NCBI GenBank assembly: GCA_038206875.1
Contig: JBBRAK010000004.1
Location: 3,174 to 67,173, forward strand
DNA from: Candidatus Saccharimonadales bacterium
GTDB lineage: Bacteria; Patescibacteriota; Saccharimonadia; Saccharimonadales; JBBQAJ01
Direction of reading: 5' to 3'
Length of the DNA: 64,000 nucleotides
The position numbers and the translations under genes were made by a program. The notes beneath the pieces were generated by a model, which was not told where the DNA came from, made no database searches, and saw only the letters and a list, made by a program, of their open reading frames with translations. This document shows, in pieces, positions 53,885 to 63,905 of the stretch (within the stretch, counting starts at the first letter, position 1; each line of letters starts with the position of its first letter).

Positions 53885-54394
53885 ATGGCAGATGTACCAG
53901 AAAAACAAATCAAACGGCTAAAATCTTTGATCCAAGAAGCAGAAACTAGCATGGCCGCGGCCAAAGAACTACTGATGAGTTTGGTTGGGGAAGACCCTGT
54001 GATTGCAGATGCTATTACGGACGAACCACTAGGCAAAATAATAGAGGGAGTTTTTGATGGTCAAACTATGGTGGGTAGTGATGGCAAAAGTTACCCCGTT
54101 CCTGCTAACTATGCGAGTAAATCCAAACTTGTCCAGGGCGACATACTCAAGCTTACAATTGCTGACGACGGTTCGTTCCTATATAAGCAAATCGGACCCG
54201 TGCCACGCAAACAAGTTGTAGGCATGCTAAAGCTTGAAAACGGCCACTATTTTGTAGATGTTGGCACCAAACAATACCGCGTGCTACTAGCCAGTGTGAC
54301 TTATTTCAAAGCAAAACCCGGTGACCAAGTGAGTGTAAACGTACCAGAAGACGACACCCATGCCGAATGGGCCGCCCTGGAAGCCGCGCTATAA
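53885..54394 (+). CDS. hypothetical 169-aa protein
   Basis: Clean ORF. N-terminal coiled-coil-like helix, then a beta-rich part. No motif recognised. Confidence 0.7.
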   Translation: MADVPEKQIKRLKSLIQEAETSMAAAKELLMSLVGEDPVIADAITDEPLGKIIEGVFDGQTMVGSDGKSYPVPANYASKSKLVQGDILKLTIADDGSFLYKQIGPVPRKQVVGMLKLENGHYFVDVGTKQYRVLLASVTYFKAKPGDQVSVNVPEDDTHAEWAALEAAL

Positions 54395-54433
54395 GCACTT
54401 GATATATTGTATTAATTATTGTACTGTCTGTTA

Positions 54434-55036
54434 ATGGTAGAAATATATGGAGAACAAGTTGTTAATGTACCAAACACAATAACAACTGTTCGAATTATTG
54501 GTTCTGCGTACGAGTCATTTCAATACGCAACAACAGGGGACTTGCAACACTACATAGCTGCAGGCGCATGGTATGGGGCAGATGTACTTGATGGTTTTGC
54601 TGCTCGAAAGCTTGGTCAAGAAACTGATTTTGGCGCACAGTTGGACCCAGTTGGCGATAAGATTTCTGTAGTTGGACTGACAGTATCTGCATTGATGCAA
54701 AAAAATGTTGATGTACCCGTCGCAACTGCGGTTGGCATTATAAATACACTCAACGCGGTTACAACGATGGCTGCAAAGAATAAAGGCCTAACTTTAGAAG
54801 TTGGCAAGGTCAACAAACGTGCGCAATTTCTTATGAACAGCGGAGCAGGCCTTAACGTAATAGGAAACCACTTTCGCAAACATGGCAAAACAAGATTAAA
54901 AAAGTCAGGTGGACAAGTTCTAAGAATAGCTGGTGCAGGTCTAGCTATAGGAACAGCATTTACGCTAGGGGCAACCTCGTCAGCCGAATTAATCCGTCAA
55001 AAGCGTAAAAGCTCAGCAACAATCACAACGGATTAG
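54434..55036 (+). CDS. CDP-alcohol phosphatidyltransferase family protein
   Basis: DGFAARKLGQETDFGAQLDPVGDK matches DGx2ARx8Gx3Dx3D. The ORF track TTG 54419 is an alternative start. Confidence 0.82.
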   Translation: MVEIYGEQVVNVPNTITTVRIIGSAYESFQYATTGDLQHYIAAGAWYGADVLDGFAARKLGQETDFGAQLDPVGDKISVVGLTVSALMQKNVDVPVATAVGIINTLNAVTTMAAKNKGLTLEVGKVNKRAQFLMNSGAGLNVIGNHFRKHGKTRLKKSGGQVLRIAGAGLAIGTAFTLGATSSAELIRQKRKSSATITTD

Positions 55037-55051
55037 CACAATGTAATTCGG

Positions 55052-55057
55052 TATAAT
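55052..55057 (+). promoter_or_regulatory. candidate -10 box for dnaX
   Basis: TATAAT, 8 nt, ATG 55066. No SD. Confidence 0.4.
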
Positions 55058-55065
55058 GTAGATAC

Positions 55066-56517
55066 ATGGGGAAGGCGCTATACCGGAAACACCGGCCTAA
55101 AAAGTTATCGGAGGTTGTCGGTCAGGAACACATAACCGATACTCTTGGACGTGCGCTAAAAAACCAAACCGTTAGCCATGCGTATTTACTAACCGGACCT
55201 CGAGGAACAGGAAAAACGTCTGTTGCTCGAATTTTGGCGTACGAAGTAAACAGTTTGCCTTATGATGAAGAAGGCACACACATGGACATTATTGAAATAG
55301 ATGCCGCCAGCAACCGCCGAATTGACGAAATCCGAGAACTCAAAGAACGTGTCAACATTGCACCAACAAGTGCAAAATACAAAGTCTACATCATTGACGA
55401 AGTTCATATGCTTACTAAGGAGGCCTTTAACGCACTTCTAAAAACTTTAGAAGAACCACCAGAACACGCTATTTTTATATTGGCTACTACTGAATCCCAT
55501 AAGGTACCTGAAACTATAGTCAGCCGCACACAACGATTTACTTTCAAACCCGTAGAAACTAACAAAGTCGTAAATCATCTTAAATCAATTGCCAAAGCCG
55601 AAAAAATTGTGATAGAAGATGGCGCCCTAGAACTAGTTGCAAAGTTTGGCGAAGGAAGTTTTAGGGACAGTATCAGTTTGCTTGATCAGGTCAGATACAC
55701 TAGCAACAAAATAACCTTGCAAGATATCCAAAATGCAGTGGGTCAGGCACCAGAAGATATCCTAAACAATGTATTGAGGAACGTAGAAAGTCACAATCTC
55801 CAACAAATTGCAAAAAGCCTAACTGAATTACGCACCCAGGGAATACAGTCTACTCAGATTGCCAAACAACTATCAGCAAAAATTCGACAGAGATTAATTT
55901 CTGACAGCTCTGTTATCGTCACCCTAAGTGAGGTTGAATTACTTTCTGATTTGCTTAACATTTCCGCAACTACGGAGCCAGATATAGCCTTAGAAGTTGC
56001 ATTGTTTAAAACTGCTTTGGACAAAAATATTGACCCAATTTTACAAACTATGTCAAAGACACAATCAAAAGCAGATATTTCTACTAAACCAAAAAAAGGA
56101 CTTAGTTCTGAGAAAAAAGCAGAAAAAGAAAGTATAGTTCACGACTTAGCTGTATCTAAACACAAAGAACTGTCCGAATTAGACGAAACCTCGTGGCAAG
56201 AAGTATTGTCCGCTATCAAATCCAAATACAATACGCTTTACGGCATAGCACGAATGGCCACTCCAAGGTTTGAAAAAGACAAGCTCACACTTGTTTTGAA
56301 TTTCGCATTTCATTTAAAACGCCTAGAAGATCCAAAAAATAAAGGTTACATACAGGAGTTGATTGCTCAAACAACTGGCCAAAATGTTTCCATTGAATTT
56401 CTATTGGACAAGCATGTTATAAAACAAAATTCACAACAACTAGAAGAAGAAGCTTCAAAAGAACTAAACCTAGAAACCATAAGCAATATCTTTGGTAGCG
56501 CAGAAATAGTAGAGTAA
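55066..56517 (+). CDS. dnaX: DNA polymerase III gamma/tau subunit
   Basis: HAYLLTGPRGTGKTS, IIDEVHMLT, LLKTLEEPP, SRTQRF. Confidence 0.95.
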   Translation: MGKALYRKHRPKKLSEVVGQEHITDTLGRALKNQTVSHAYLLTGPRGTGKTSVARILAYEVNSLPYDEEGTHMDIIEIDAASNRRIDEIRELKERVNIAPTSAKYKVYIIDEVHMLTKEAFNALLKTLEEPPEHAIFILATTESHKVPETIVSRTQRFTFKPVETNKVVNHLKSIAKAEKIVIEDGALELVAKFGEGSFRDSISLLDQVRYTSNKITLQDIQNAVGQAPEDILNNVLRNVESHNLQQIAKSLTELRTQGIQSTQIAKQLSAKIRQRLISDSSVIVTLSEVELLSDLLNISATTEPDIALEVALFKTALDKNIDPILQTMSKTQSKADISTKPKKGLSSEKKAEKESIVHDLAVSKHKELSELDETSWQEVLSAIKSKYNTLYGIARMATPRFEKDKLTLVLNFAFHLKRLEDPKNKGYIQELIAQTTGQNVSIEFLLDKHVIKQNSQQLEEEASKELNLETISNIFGSAEIVE

Positions 56518-56521
56518 GTAA

Positions 56522-57880
56522 ATGGATAATAAAGCTCCTCTTGTGCCACCGCAGAATACTGATGCTGAAGCTTCACTTCTAGGGGCAATTTTGATTGACA
56601 CAGATGCTTTGGTTAAGATTGCTGACAAAATTGATTCATACGACTTTTACGATGAAAAACATCGGTATATCTATGAAGCAATCACTCAGCTATACGACAA
56701 ACACAGCGCTATAGACGTCTTAACACTTTCTGATCAAATGAAAACAAATACTACACTGGAAGCAATTGGTGGCTCGTCTTATCTTGCAGAATTAACAAAC
56801 TTTGTGCCAACTGCAGCTCATGTCGAGCAATATGCCGAAATTGTAGCTCAAAAAGCCTTGCGTCGACGACTTATCAAAGCCGCCCAGGACATCACAACCA
56901 TGGGGTTTAACGAAACCAACAAATTACAGGAACTCATAGAAGATGCTGAAACACGTTTGTTTGAAGTTAGCCAAAAGTATATCAAACAAGATGTCACAAG
57001 CCTAGAAACCATATTAAATGAGAGTTTTGAGAGGCTGGACGAACTACACAAAGACAAAGGCAAAATTCGTGGCGTCCCAACGGGCTTCAAAGACATGGAC
57101 AACATACTTGCCGGGCTTCAAAAGTCTGATTTGTTTGTTCTCGCGGCACGGCCATCCATGGGAAAAACCGCACTTTCACTTAACATAGCACACAATGTTG
57201 CACTCCAGTCTGCTCTCCCAGTGTTAGTTTTTAGTTTGGAAATGAGCAAGGAGCAACTAGTAGACAGACTGCTAGCAATGGAATCGGGTGTAGATGCTTG
57301 GGCTCTCAGGACGGGGAACTTGACTGACTCTGATTTCGAGAAAATCGGTCAAGCCATGGGGGCATTGTCGGAGACACCTATATTTATCGACGATAGCCCT
57401 AGCATTACGGTTAGCGAGCTACGTACCAAAGCCCGCCGTGAAGCGCACACTCATGAGCTGGGACTAATTATTGTTGATTATTTGCAGCTTATGAGTGGCG
57501 GGGGCAAGTTTGGCGGTGAAGGCAATCGTGTTCAAGAAATCAGTGAAATATCTCGTGGACTGAAGGGCGTAGCTCGTGAGCTAAACGTTCCTGTGATGGC
57601 GCTTAGTCAACTGAGCCGTTCTGTTGAATCTCGAAGTCCACAAATTCCTCAGTTAGCAGACTTACGCGAATCTGGTTCCATCGAACAAGATGCCGATGTC
57701 GTAGCATTTATTTACAGAGAGGATTACTATAACCCCGAAACTGATCGTCGAAACATAACAGACATATTTATCAAAAAGCATCGAAATGGTCCAACTGGTT
57801 CATTTGAGCTATATTTTGACAAAGAAAAACAGCGTTTTAGAACTCTCGACACCAAACACACACAACCATTTGAGAATTAG
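56522..57880 (+). CDS. dnaB: replicative DNA helicase DnaB
   Basis: PPQNTDAEASLLGAIL, ARPSMGKTA, IIVDYLQLM, LSQLSR. Confidence 0.96.
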   Translation: MDNKAPLVPPQNTDAEASLLGAILIDTDALVKIADKIDSYDFYDEKHRYIYEAITQLYDKHSAIDVLTLSDQMKTNTTLEAIGGSSYLAELTNFVPTAAHVEQYAEIVAQKALRRRLIKAAQDITTMGFNETNKLQELIEDAETRLFEVSQKYIKQDVTSLETILNESFERLDELHKDKGKIRGVPTGFKDMDNILAGLQKSDLFVLAARPSMGKTALSLNIAHNVALQSALPVLVFSLEMSKEQLVDRLLAMESGVDAWALRTGNLTDSDFEKIGQAMGALSETPIFIDDSPSITVSELRTKARREAHTHELGLIIVDYLQLMSGGGKFGGEGNRVQEISEISRGLKGVARELNVPVMALSQLSRSVESRSPQIPQLADLRESGSIEQDADVVAFIYREDYYNPETDRRNITDIFIKKHRNGPTGSFELYFDKEKQRFRTLDTKHTQPFEN

Positions 57881-57921
57881 CTAAACAAAGCCACTATAGG
57901 GCTATCTTGAATCCTAAATCC

Positions 57922-57929
57922 TGTATAAT
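57922..57929 (+). promoter_or_regulatory. candidate -10 (TGTATAAT) for the membrane protein gene
   Basis: TG + TATAAT, 12 nt, ATG 57942. Confidence 0.4.
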
Positions 57930-57941
57930 GTTGTTCAAGAG

Positions 57942-59141
57942 ATGAAAAATTCTAACAGTAAGTTTAGAGAGTGGGTCTTCACAATGTGGCGTCCAATATT
58001 GATATTTATTGGAGTTACCCTAATTGTAAGCATGCTGTTTGGGTTCAAGCTCGGCAACCTGACAACGTCTGCCAGCGAACCAGAAACATCCTATATAAAC
58101 TCTGTCAGCTCAGGTAGCGAACTTTTAAAACATCCGGTATATTTTATACATAAATTACCCGTATATGTTCTTTTTAAACTTAACGTTCACAGTTTAGTGG
58201 CATATAGAGCAGTCAGTGCTTTTTTTGCCGGCATAGCTGTTGTTAGTTGTTTCTTTATACTCCGAGAATGGTACACGAACAGAATTGCACTCCTGGGTAC
58301 CGGATTGTTTCTATGCTCTGCATGGATACTTCACACTGGTCGACTAGCTACACCGGAGGCGTCATATCTACTACTGATGCCACTTGTCTGGGCAGTTGTT
58401 TGGTTGTATTTCACTACTTTTCGGAAAACCGCGTTATTTGTACTGAGTTTACTGTGCACGGTTAGTACTTACATACCTGGGTTTGCTTGGTTATTGTTAT
58501 TTATTATCATTTGGCAGCACAAACGCATATGGGAAGAAATCAAATACGTCCCTTGGTGGTTTATTGGCTTTTGCATTCTTGTTATCGTGGGTGGCTTAAT
58601 CCCTCTGATATGGGCAGGCGTAAACACCCCTAATGTCTTTCTCTTGGCTTCCGGCCTACCAGACCATCTTCCCTCGATTAGATCAGTATTTGATAACCTT
58701 ATTCATATTCCAGAAAATCTTTTTTTACGCGGTCCTAATGACCCTGTAAGGTGGCTAGGACGTCTACCACTGCTTGACGTATTCAGCACAGCAATGTTTG
58801 TACTTGGGATATACAGTGTCCGGTATGGCTTAAAACAACAAAAGATCCGAATCCTAACCGGTAGTTCTGTATTTTTTGTGGTGCTTATCGCAACTGGGGG
58901 AGCATTGTCCATTACAGTGCTAATGCCTGCAATATATATATTAATCGCTGGTGGAATCGCATTTTTGTTACAACAGTGGTTCGCCGTTTTCCCGCGAAAT
59001 CCATTAGCTCATACTTTAGCAACTTCGTTGATTTCCATAAGTGTTTTACTGGTTTGCTTTTATCACTTAAATCACTACTTCGTCGCATGGCCTAAAACTC
59101 CGGCAACTAAGTCATCTTTTAGACATTCTCTGGTAAAATAG
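57942..59141 (+). CDS. polytopic membrane protein (possibly GT-C/ArnT-like glycosyltransferase)
   Basis: About 10 hydrophobic segments. The family assignment is only a guess from topology. Confidence 0.7.
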   Translation: MKNSNSKFREWVFTMWRPILIFIGVTLIVSMLFGFKLGNLTTSASEPETSYINSVSSGSELLKHPVYFIHKLPVYVLFKLNVHSLVAYRAVSAFFAGIAVVSCFFILREWYTNRIALLGTGLFLCSAWILHTGRLATPEASYLLLMPLVWAVVWLYFTTFRKTALFVLSLLCTVSTYIPGFAWLLLFIIIWQHKRIWEEIKYVPWWFIGFCILVIVGGLIPLIWAGVNTPNVFLLASGLPDHLPSIRSVFDNLIHIPENLFLRGPNDPVRWLGRLPLLDVFSTAMFVLGIYSVRYGLKQQKIRILTGSSVFFVVLIATGGALSITVLMPAIYILIAGGIAFLLQQWFAVFPRNPLAHTLATSLISISVLLVCFYHLNHYFVAWPKTPATKSSFRHSLVK

Positions 59142-59178
59142 TACATAGGACTTTCGCACATTTACGTAGATAACAGGG

Positions 59179-59271
59179 CATAGATAGTTTAAGCGAAAAC
59201 TGTCTAACTTATGGAGGGGTAGCTGTAGCTACATTGAGATGAGATAGACAGTTTGTAGCCAGCTATCTGTG
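59179..59271 (+). other. 93-nt nested hairpin in the intergenic region before ybaB
   Basis: Three coaxial stems: CATAGATAG/CTATCTGTG (59179-59187 / 59263-59271), CTGTCTA/TAGACAG (59200-59206 / 59245-59251), GTAGC/GCTAC (59219-59232). Confidence 0.45.
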
Positions 59272-59283
59272 GTCTGGTGCTAC

Positions 59284-59289
59284 GATAAT
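59284..59289 (+). promoter_or_regulatory. candidate -10 box for ybaB (leaderless spacing)
   Basis: GATAAT, 6 nt, ATG 59296. Confidence 0.35.
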
Positions 59290-59295
59290 GTGTGA

Positions 59296-59622
59296 ATGTC
59301 CTATTTAGAAGTAAACGAAAGGATAAATGTGAGTAAATTCGACCAAGCAAAAATGCTTTTAAAAGTAAAAAAGTTGCAAAAAGAACTGCAAAAAATGACT
59401 ATTATAGTCGAAAAGGGCGATGGAGCAGTGAGTATTGAAATCACCGGCGAGCAAAAGATCAAAAAAGTTCACATTGACCCAGAGTACGTAGACCTTGACG
59501 ACATTAATCAATTAGAACGATGGATAGAAGATGCCGTAAAAGAAGCGATCCAGGAAAGTCAAAAAATTGCAGCCGAGAAAATGCAGCCAATGATGGGCGC
59601 ACTTGGCGAGCTTGGTCTGTAG
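59296..59622 (+). CDS. ybaB: YbaB/EbfC family nucleoid-associated protein
   Basis: KKLQKELQK...IEITGEQKIKKVHIDPE. Position before recR. An in-frame GTG at 59329 is an alternative start. Confidence 0.88.
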   Translation: MSYLEVNERINVSKFDQAKMLLKVKKLQKELQKMTIIVEKGDGAVSIEITGEQKIKKVHIDPEYVDLDDINQLERWIEDAVKEAIQESQKIAAEKMQPMMGALGELGL

Positions 59623-59628
59623 TAACAC

Positions 59629-60234
59629 ATGGGCGTACTTCCTCCGGCACTAGAATCAGTGATTGAAGCACTTGGCGCACTTCCTGGTGTAGGTTCTCGT
59701 ACAGCTGAACGTTACGCATACTATTTGCTAAAATCAGACCCTCAGGGAGCTCAAAAGATTTCACTAACTCTAGGCAAACTGCGTTCGGGAATAGGTTATT
59801 GTAAAAAAACCTTCGCGCTCGTTCCCAGTGGCCAAGAATTTTCGCAGTTATACACAGACCCAAAACGCGACAAAACACTAGTCGCCGTAGTTGCAGAGCC
59901 ATTTGATATTTTAGCGTTGGAGAAAACCGGTCACTTTCATGGAACTTATCATGTATTAGGTGGCCTAGTATCTCCAATCGATGGCGTTACACCTGAACAG
60001 TTGCATATTGCTGAGCTTTTAAAACGGATAGATGAAGATAAGGTTGTTGAAATCATATTAGGCACGAACGCCAGCGTAGAAGGTGAATCGACTGCAATGT
60101 ACATACAGCAACAACTGGGTAAACGAAACGTAAAGATTACTCGCTTAGCACGGGGACTTCCTGTTGGCGTAGATTTAGAATACGCTGACCAAATCACGCT
60201 TGGTAGAGCCCTTGAAGGTAGAACAATTTTATGA
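59629..60234 (+). CDS. recR: recombination protein RecR (zinc-finger cysteines mostly lost)
   Basis: LPGVGSRTAERYAYYLL. Toprim pattern VAVVAEPFDILALEKTGHFHGTYHVLGG. Only 1 of the usual 4 Cys is present (IGYCKKT...SQLY). Confidence 0.92.
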   Translation: MGVLPPALESVIEALGALPGVGSRTAERYAYYLLKSDPQGAQKISLTLGKLRSGIGYCKKTFALVPSGQEFSQLYTDPKRDKTLVAVVAEPFDILALEKTGHFHGTYHVLGGLVSPIDGVTPEQLHIAELLKRIDEDKVVEIILGTNASVEGESTAMYIQQQLGKRNVKITRLARGLPVGVDLEYADQITLGRALEGRTIL

Positions 60235-61265
60235 GCAAACACCAAAAAATTTCTGATATCATTGATTCTGCAAAAAAAATACTCATTCTGCAGGCCGACA
60301 ACCCAGATGCCGACAGTTTGGGTAGTGCACTGGCACTCGAGGCAATTCTTGAAAATCGTGGAAAAGAAGTGTATTTGTATTGTGCGGTTGATATGCCCGA
60401 TTACCTGAAATATCTTGAAGGTTGGAGCCGAGTAAACAACGTGTTACCTTCGCAGTTTGACTTGAGCGTTATCGTGGACGCTTCAACTTTAGATTTGTTC
60501 GAACGATTGAACAGCTTAAACAAAGTACCGTGGCTCGCAACAAAGCCATCAATTGTGCTTGACCACCACAGAGAAACTTCAAATAATATTCAATTTGCTT
60601 CGGAGATATTAAATGACCATGATGCTTCATCAACCTGTGAAGTCATATTTAATATTGCTAAGAGTTTAGAATGGGAGCTACCCAAAGATTCACTTCCGTA
60701 TATATTGACCGGAATTTTAGGTGATACTCAGGGTTTATCAAATCAGTTAACCCGCGCAGATACTTACCGTATTGTTGGTGATTTAGTAGAGCTTGGCGTA
60801 GACAGACCAGCCCTCGAAGAGCTTCGGCGTGCATCTAGCAAAATGCCAGAATCTATTTACAAATATAAAGCCCGGCTGATAAACAGGACCGAGTTGCTTG
60901 CAGACAGTCGGGTTGCGCTTGTAAGTATACCTCAAGACGAAATTAACACCTTCAGCCCTCTTTACAACCCTGGACCATTGATTCAAACCGACATGCTACA
61001 AATTGAAGGAGTGTTAGTAGGTATTGTTTGCAAAATCTATGACAATGGTAGGGTAACTGGAATGATTCGTTGCAATCCTGCTGGTGGCATTGGGGGCGAG
61101 CTGGCAGCGAGTCTGGGTGGTGGCGGACATGCGTTCGCAGCTGGATTCAAAGTACAAGATGGGCGGTCATACGCAGAAATCAAAACGCAGTGTATTTCCA
61201 AAGCAACGGAATTGTTAGACAATCTAAACATGGACGAAACAGATGAAGCTATACAACACGCTTAA
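60231..61265 (+). CDS. nrnA: DHH/DHHA1 phosphoesterase (NrnA-like)
   Basis: DADSLGSALAL, VLDHHRE, GGGGHAFAAGF. Confidence 0.85.
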   Translation: MSKHQKISDIIDSAKKILILQADNPDADSLGSALALEAILENRGKEVYLYCAVDMPDYLKYLEGWSRVNNVLPSQFDLSVIVDASTLDLFERLNSLNKVPWLATKPSIVLDHHRETSNNIQFASEILNDHDASSTCEVIFNIAKSLEWELPKDSLPYILTGILGDTQGLSNQLTRADTYRIVGDLVELGVDRPALEELRRASSKMPESIYKYKARLINRTELLADSRVALVSIPQDEINTFSPLYNPGPLIQTDMLQIEGVLVGIVCKIYDNGRVTGMIRCNPAGGIGGELAASLGGGGHAFAAGFKVQDGRSYAEIKTQCISKATELLDNLNMDETDEAIQHA

Positions 61266-62673
61266 ACGTAAAGTAGAAATATTTAAGCCGTCAAATGATG
61301 ATTCGGTTAGCTTGTACACTTGTGGACCAACCGTTTATGATTATTACCATGTTGGAAACTTACGTAATGCAGTTTTCAATGATACCTTGCGAAGAACTCT
61401 TGAAGCATCTGGATACGATACTCAACACGTTATGAATATAACCGATGTGGGTCATCTAGTTTCGGACTCTGACGAGGGCGACGACAAACTTGAAAAAGGA
61501 GCGACAAGAGAAGGTAAAACAGTCTGGGTGGTAGCAAAGCATTATACAGATGCCTTCAAAAACGACATGGTCAAAATGAACGTATTGTCGCCAAACGGCT
61601 ACAATGACATGAAAAATGGCGACAATTATGCCCGAGCCACCGATTTTATTGACGAACAAATCAACATGATTGAACGGCTTATAAAAAACGGATTCGCCTA
61701 TCAAACCAAACAGGCAATATATTTTGACGTCACAAAACTACCTAGCTACGGCGTTCTATCCGGGCAAAAGCTTTCTGATAAAGAAACTGGGGCTCGTGTT
61801 GATGTTGTAACCGATATCCAAAAACGTAACTCACACGACTTCGCAGTATGGTTTTTTGCAGTCGGCCACTTTGCTAAACATACCATGCAATGGGACAGCC
61901 CATGGGGTAGGGGTTTCCCAGGATGGCACCTTGAATGTTCTGCTATCATTCACTCAACCTTAGGTGACCCAATAGACATTCACACTGGTGGCATTGACCA
62001 TATTGGAACCCACCATCCAAACGAAATGGCACAGACTGAAGCTGCATTCGGCCACCAACTTGCCCGATACTGGATTCACAACGAATTTATCTTGGTAGAC
62101 GGCACCAAAATGTCTAAATCAAAAGGAAACAGCTACACACTCAAAGACGTCACTGACCACGATTTTGATCCGTTATCATTACGTTTACTATATCTTCAGG
62201 CACATTATCGCACTGAGCTGAACTTCAGCTGGGATAACCTAGAAGCAGCCCAGAACCGATTACATAATCTACATGCGCTAGCCGATCTTCGTTGGCAAAG
62301 CCAAAGCAATGGTGTTCATTTCAACTTTGAAAGTACTGTAAATCATATTCTAGAACGCCTACAAAACGACCTAGACACTCCCGGGGCTCTGGCACAGCTG
62401 AGCATTATAGACACAACGTTAGCAGGACGTGTCATTAGAACATCAGATCGCTCGAGTTTCGAAAAACTCTTACAATTCCTTGACGCTACGCTCGGACTTG
62501 ATTTATCAACGCGCGCCGATACTAATGAAGAACAAAAAAAACAGCTACTAGCACGACAAAAAGCTCGCGATGAAAATGATTGGACAAAATCTGACGAACT
62601 TCGCGATGACCTTCAGAAACAGGGCATATCCGTGCGTGACACCGAAGCTGGCCAAATCTGGTCACGTATATAA
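61243..62673 (+). CDS. cysS: cysteinyl-tRNA synthetase
   Basis: MKLYNTLKRKVEIFKP, CGPTVYDYYHVGNLR, KMSKSKGN. Overlaps nrnA by 23 nt. Confidence 0.95.
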   Translation: MKLYNTLKRKVEIFKPSNDDSVSLYTCGPTVYDYYHVGNLRNAVFNDTLRRTLEASGYDTQHVMNITDVGHLVSDSDEGDDKLEKGATREGKTVWVVAKHYTDAFKNDMVKMNVLSPNGYNDMKNGDNYARATDFIDEQINMIERLIKNGFAYQTKQAIYFDVTKLPSYGVLSGQKLSDKETGARVDVVTDIQKRNSHDFAVWFFAVGHFAKHTMQWDSPWGRGFPGWHLECSAIIHSTLGDPIDIHTGGIDHIGTHHPNEMAQTEAAFGHQLARYWIHNEFILVDGTKMSKSKGNSYTLKDVTDHDFDPLSLRLLYLQAHYRTELNFSWDNLEAAQNRLHNLHALADLRWQSQSNGVHFNFESTVNHILERLQNDLDTPGALAQLSIIDTTLAGRVIRTSDRSSFEKLLQFLDATLGLDLSTRADTNEEQKKQLLARQKARDENDWTKSDELRDDLQKQGISVRDTEAGQIWSRI

Positions 62674-62688
62674 TCACATTTCACTCAT

Positions 62689-62713
62689 CTGTAAAAGGTC
62701 GGACCTTTTACAG
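62689..62713. terminator. perfect 10-bp hairpin between convergent cysS and the transporter gene (no U-tract)
   Basis: CTGTAAAAGG TCGGA CCTTTTACAG. Confidence 0.5.
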
Positions 62714-62773
62714 AGAGGAATTATGTGATGTTTGAAATTAACTGATTACTTGGTTATTAAAATTAGCTTGGAT

Positions 62774-63871
62774 TTAGTCTTGTTCTGGAGAACTCAGAAA
62801 CTTGCGAGTAGACAAGTAGTCAAGGACCAATATTCTGATACATCCGGCCACCGGGATGGCAAGTAGTCCTCCAAATAGACCGCCAAAGTTTACGCCAATT
62901 ATTACAGAGCTGAAAACAAGCAGTGGTGACATGTTGGTTGAGTTGGATTGAATTTTTGGTTGTAAAACGTAATTCTCAATCTGCTGGTAAGTTATGTAGT
63001 ATATTAGAACTCCCAAAGCAGCAATTGGAGAGTTGAAAAGAGCAACTGTACTGACTATAATCGCTCCAATAGAGTGTCCAACAAGTGGAATCAGACCTGC
63101 GATAAAAACAATCACCATTAATGCAACTGGATAGCTAACCTTAAAAACTATTAGAGGTATGAGTATCATGACCGCGGCGAGCGCCGCCAGAGTTACCTGC
63201 CCGTTTACAAACCCAGTGATAACTTTGTACATATCTTCGGAAATTTTTTCATAATGTGGAAGTTTTTTGTCGGGAATCAGTCTTCGGGCAAAGAGCATCC
63301 ACCTTGGACCTTCAATTAGCATCATAAAAGTAAGTACAATTAACGTAAGAGTAGAGAAAATGCTACTAGTAATTCGGGTGAAAGTTGACACCGCCGTGCC
63401 ACTAACATTTCCTAGCCTGTCAGAGAGTTCCGTCGATAATTTATCAGTCTGGTCTTGCAAGTTGTATTTACGCACAAACTTACCTAGCCCCGAGTCTTCG
63501 CTTCTTACGTCCTCAATTAAACTGGGCGCTGCTTGAATAAACGTATTAGTTTGCTTCACTAATGGCGGGACAATACTGGCTAGAAATCCTATTAAGAACG
63601 CAATTATTATAAAAAACGACAAACCCGTGGCTAAAGTTCTGTTGCCTCGACGTTTCCCTGGAATTCTTTGTGCCAACCAATGAACAGGTACGTTTAGAGC
63701 AATTGATAAGAAGAATGCCGTAAATATCAATATAAGAGCATGCGATGCTTTTCGAGCTGCCGAAAGAACCAACATCGATGATATAGTCAAAAGCAATACC
63801 TTGACAACAGTTGCATTGGCAATTGTTATTTCTATTTCACCCATGTTTTTTTTACGTCCAAAGTTTAACAT
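62774..63871 (-). CDS. AI-2E family (PerM/YhhT-like) transporter
   Basis: About 8 TM segments with the typical long central loop. 365 aa. Confidence 0.8.
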   Translation of the reverse strand: MLNFGRKKNMGEIEITIANATVVKVLLLTISSMLVLSAARKASHALILIFTAFFLSIALNVPVHWLAQRIPGKRRGNRTLATGLSFFIIIAFLIGFLASIVPPLVKQTNTFIQAAPSLIEDVRSEDSGLGKFVRKYNLQDQTDKLSTELSDRLGNVSGTAVSTFTRITSSIFSTLTLIVLTFMMLIEGPRWMLFARRLIPDKKLPHYEKISEDMYKVITGFVNGQVTLAALAAVMILIPLIVFKVSYPVALMVIVFIAGLIPLVGHSIGAIIVSTVALFNSPIAALGVLIYYITYQQIENYVLQPKIQSNSTNMSPLLVFSSVIIGVNFGGLFGGLLAIPVAGCIRILVLDYLSTRKFLSSPEQD

Positions 63872-63877
63872 AGATTA

Positions 63878-63905
63878 ATTATCTCATTTCTTGTCTTCTA
63901 TGCAA
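63878..63905 (-). promoter_or_regulatory. promoter of the transporter gene (leaderless)
   Basis: Minus strand: TTGCAT (63905-63900), 16-nt spacer, GATAAT (63883-63878), 6 nt, ATG (63871). Confidence 0.55.

Noticed and set aside
59142-59295. SRP (4.5S) RNA gene in the dnaX/ybaB/recR neighbourhood.
   Set aside because: The hairpin lacks the conserved domain IV loops and GNRA apex of SRP RNA. It is kept only as an unclassified structure.
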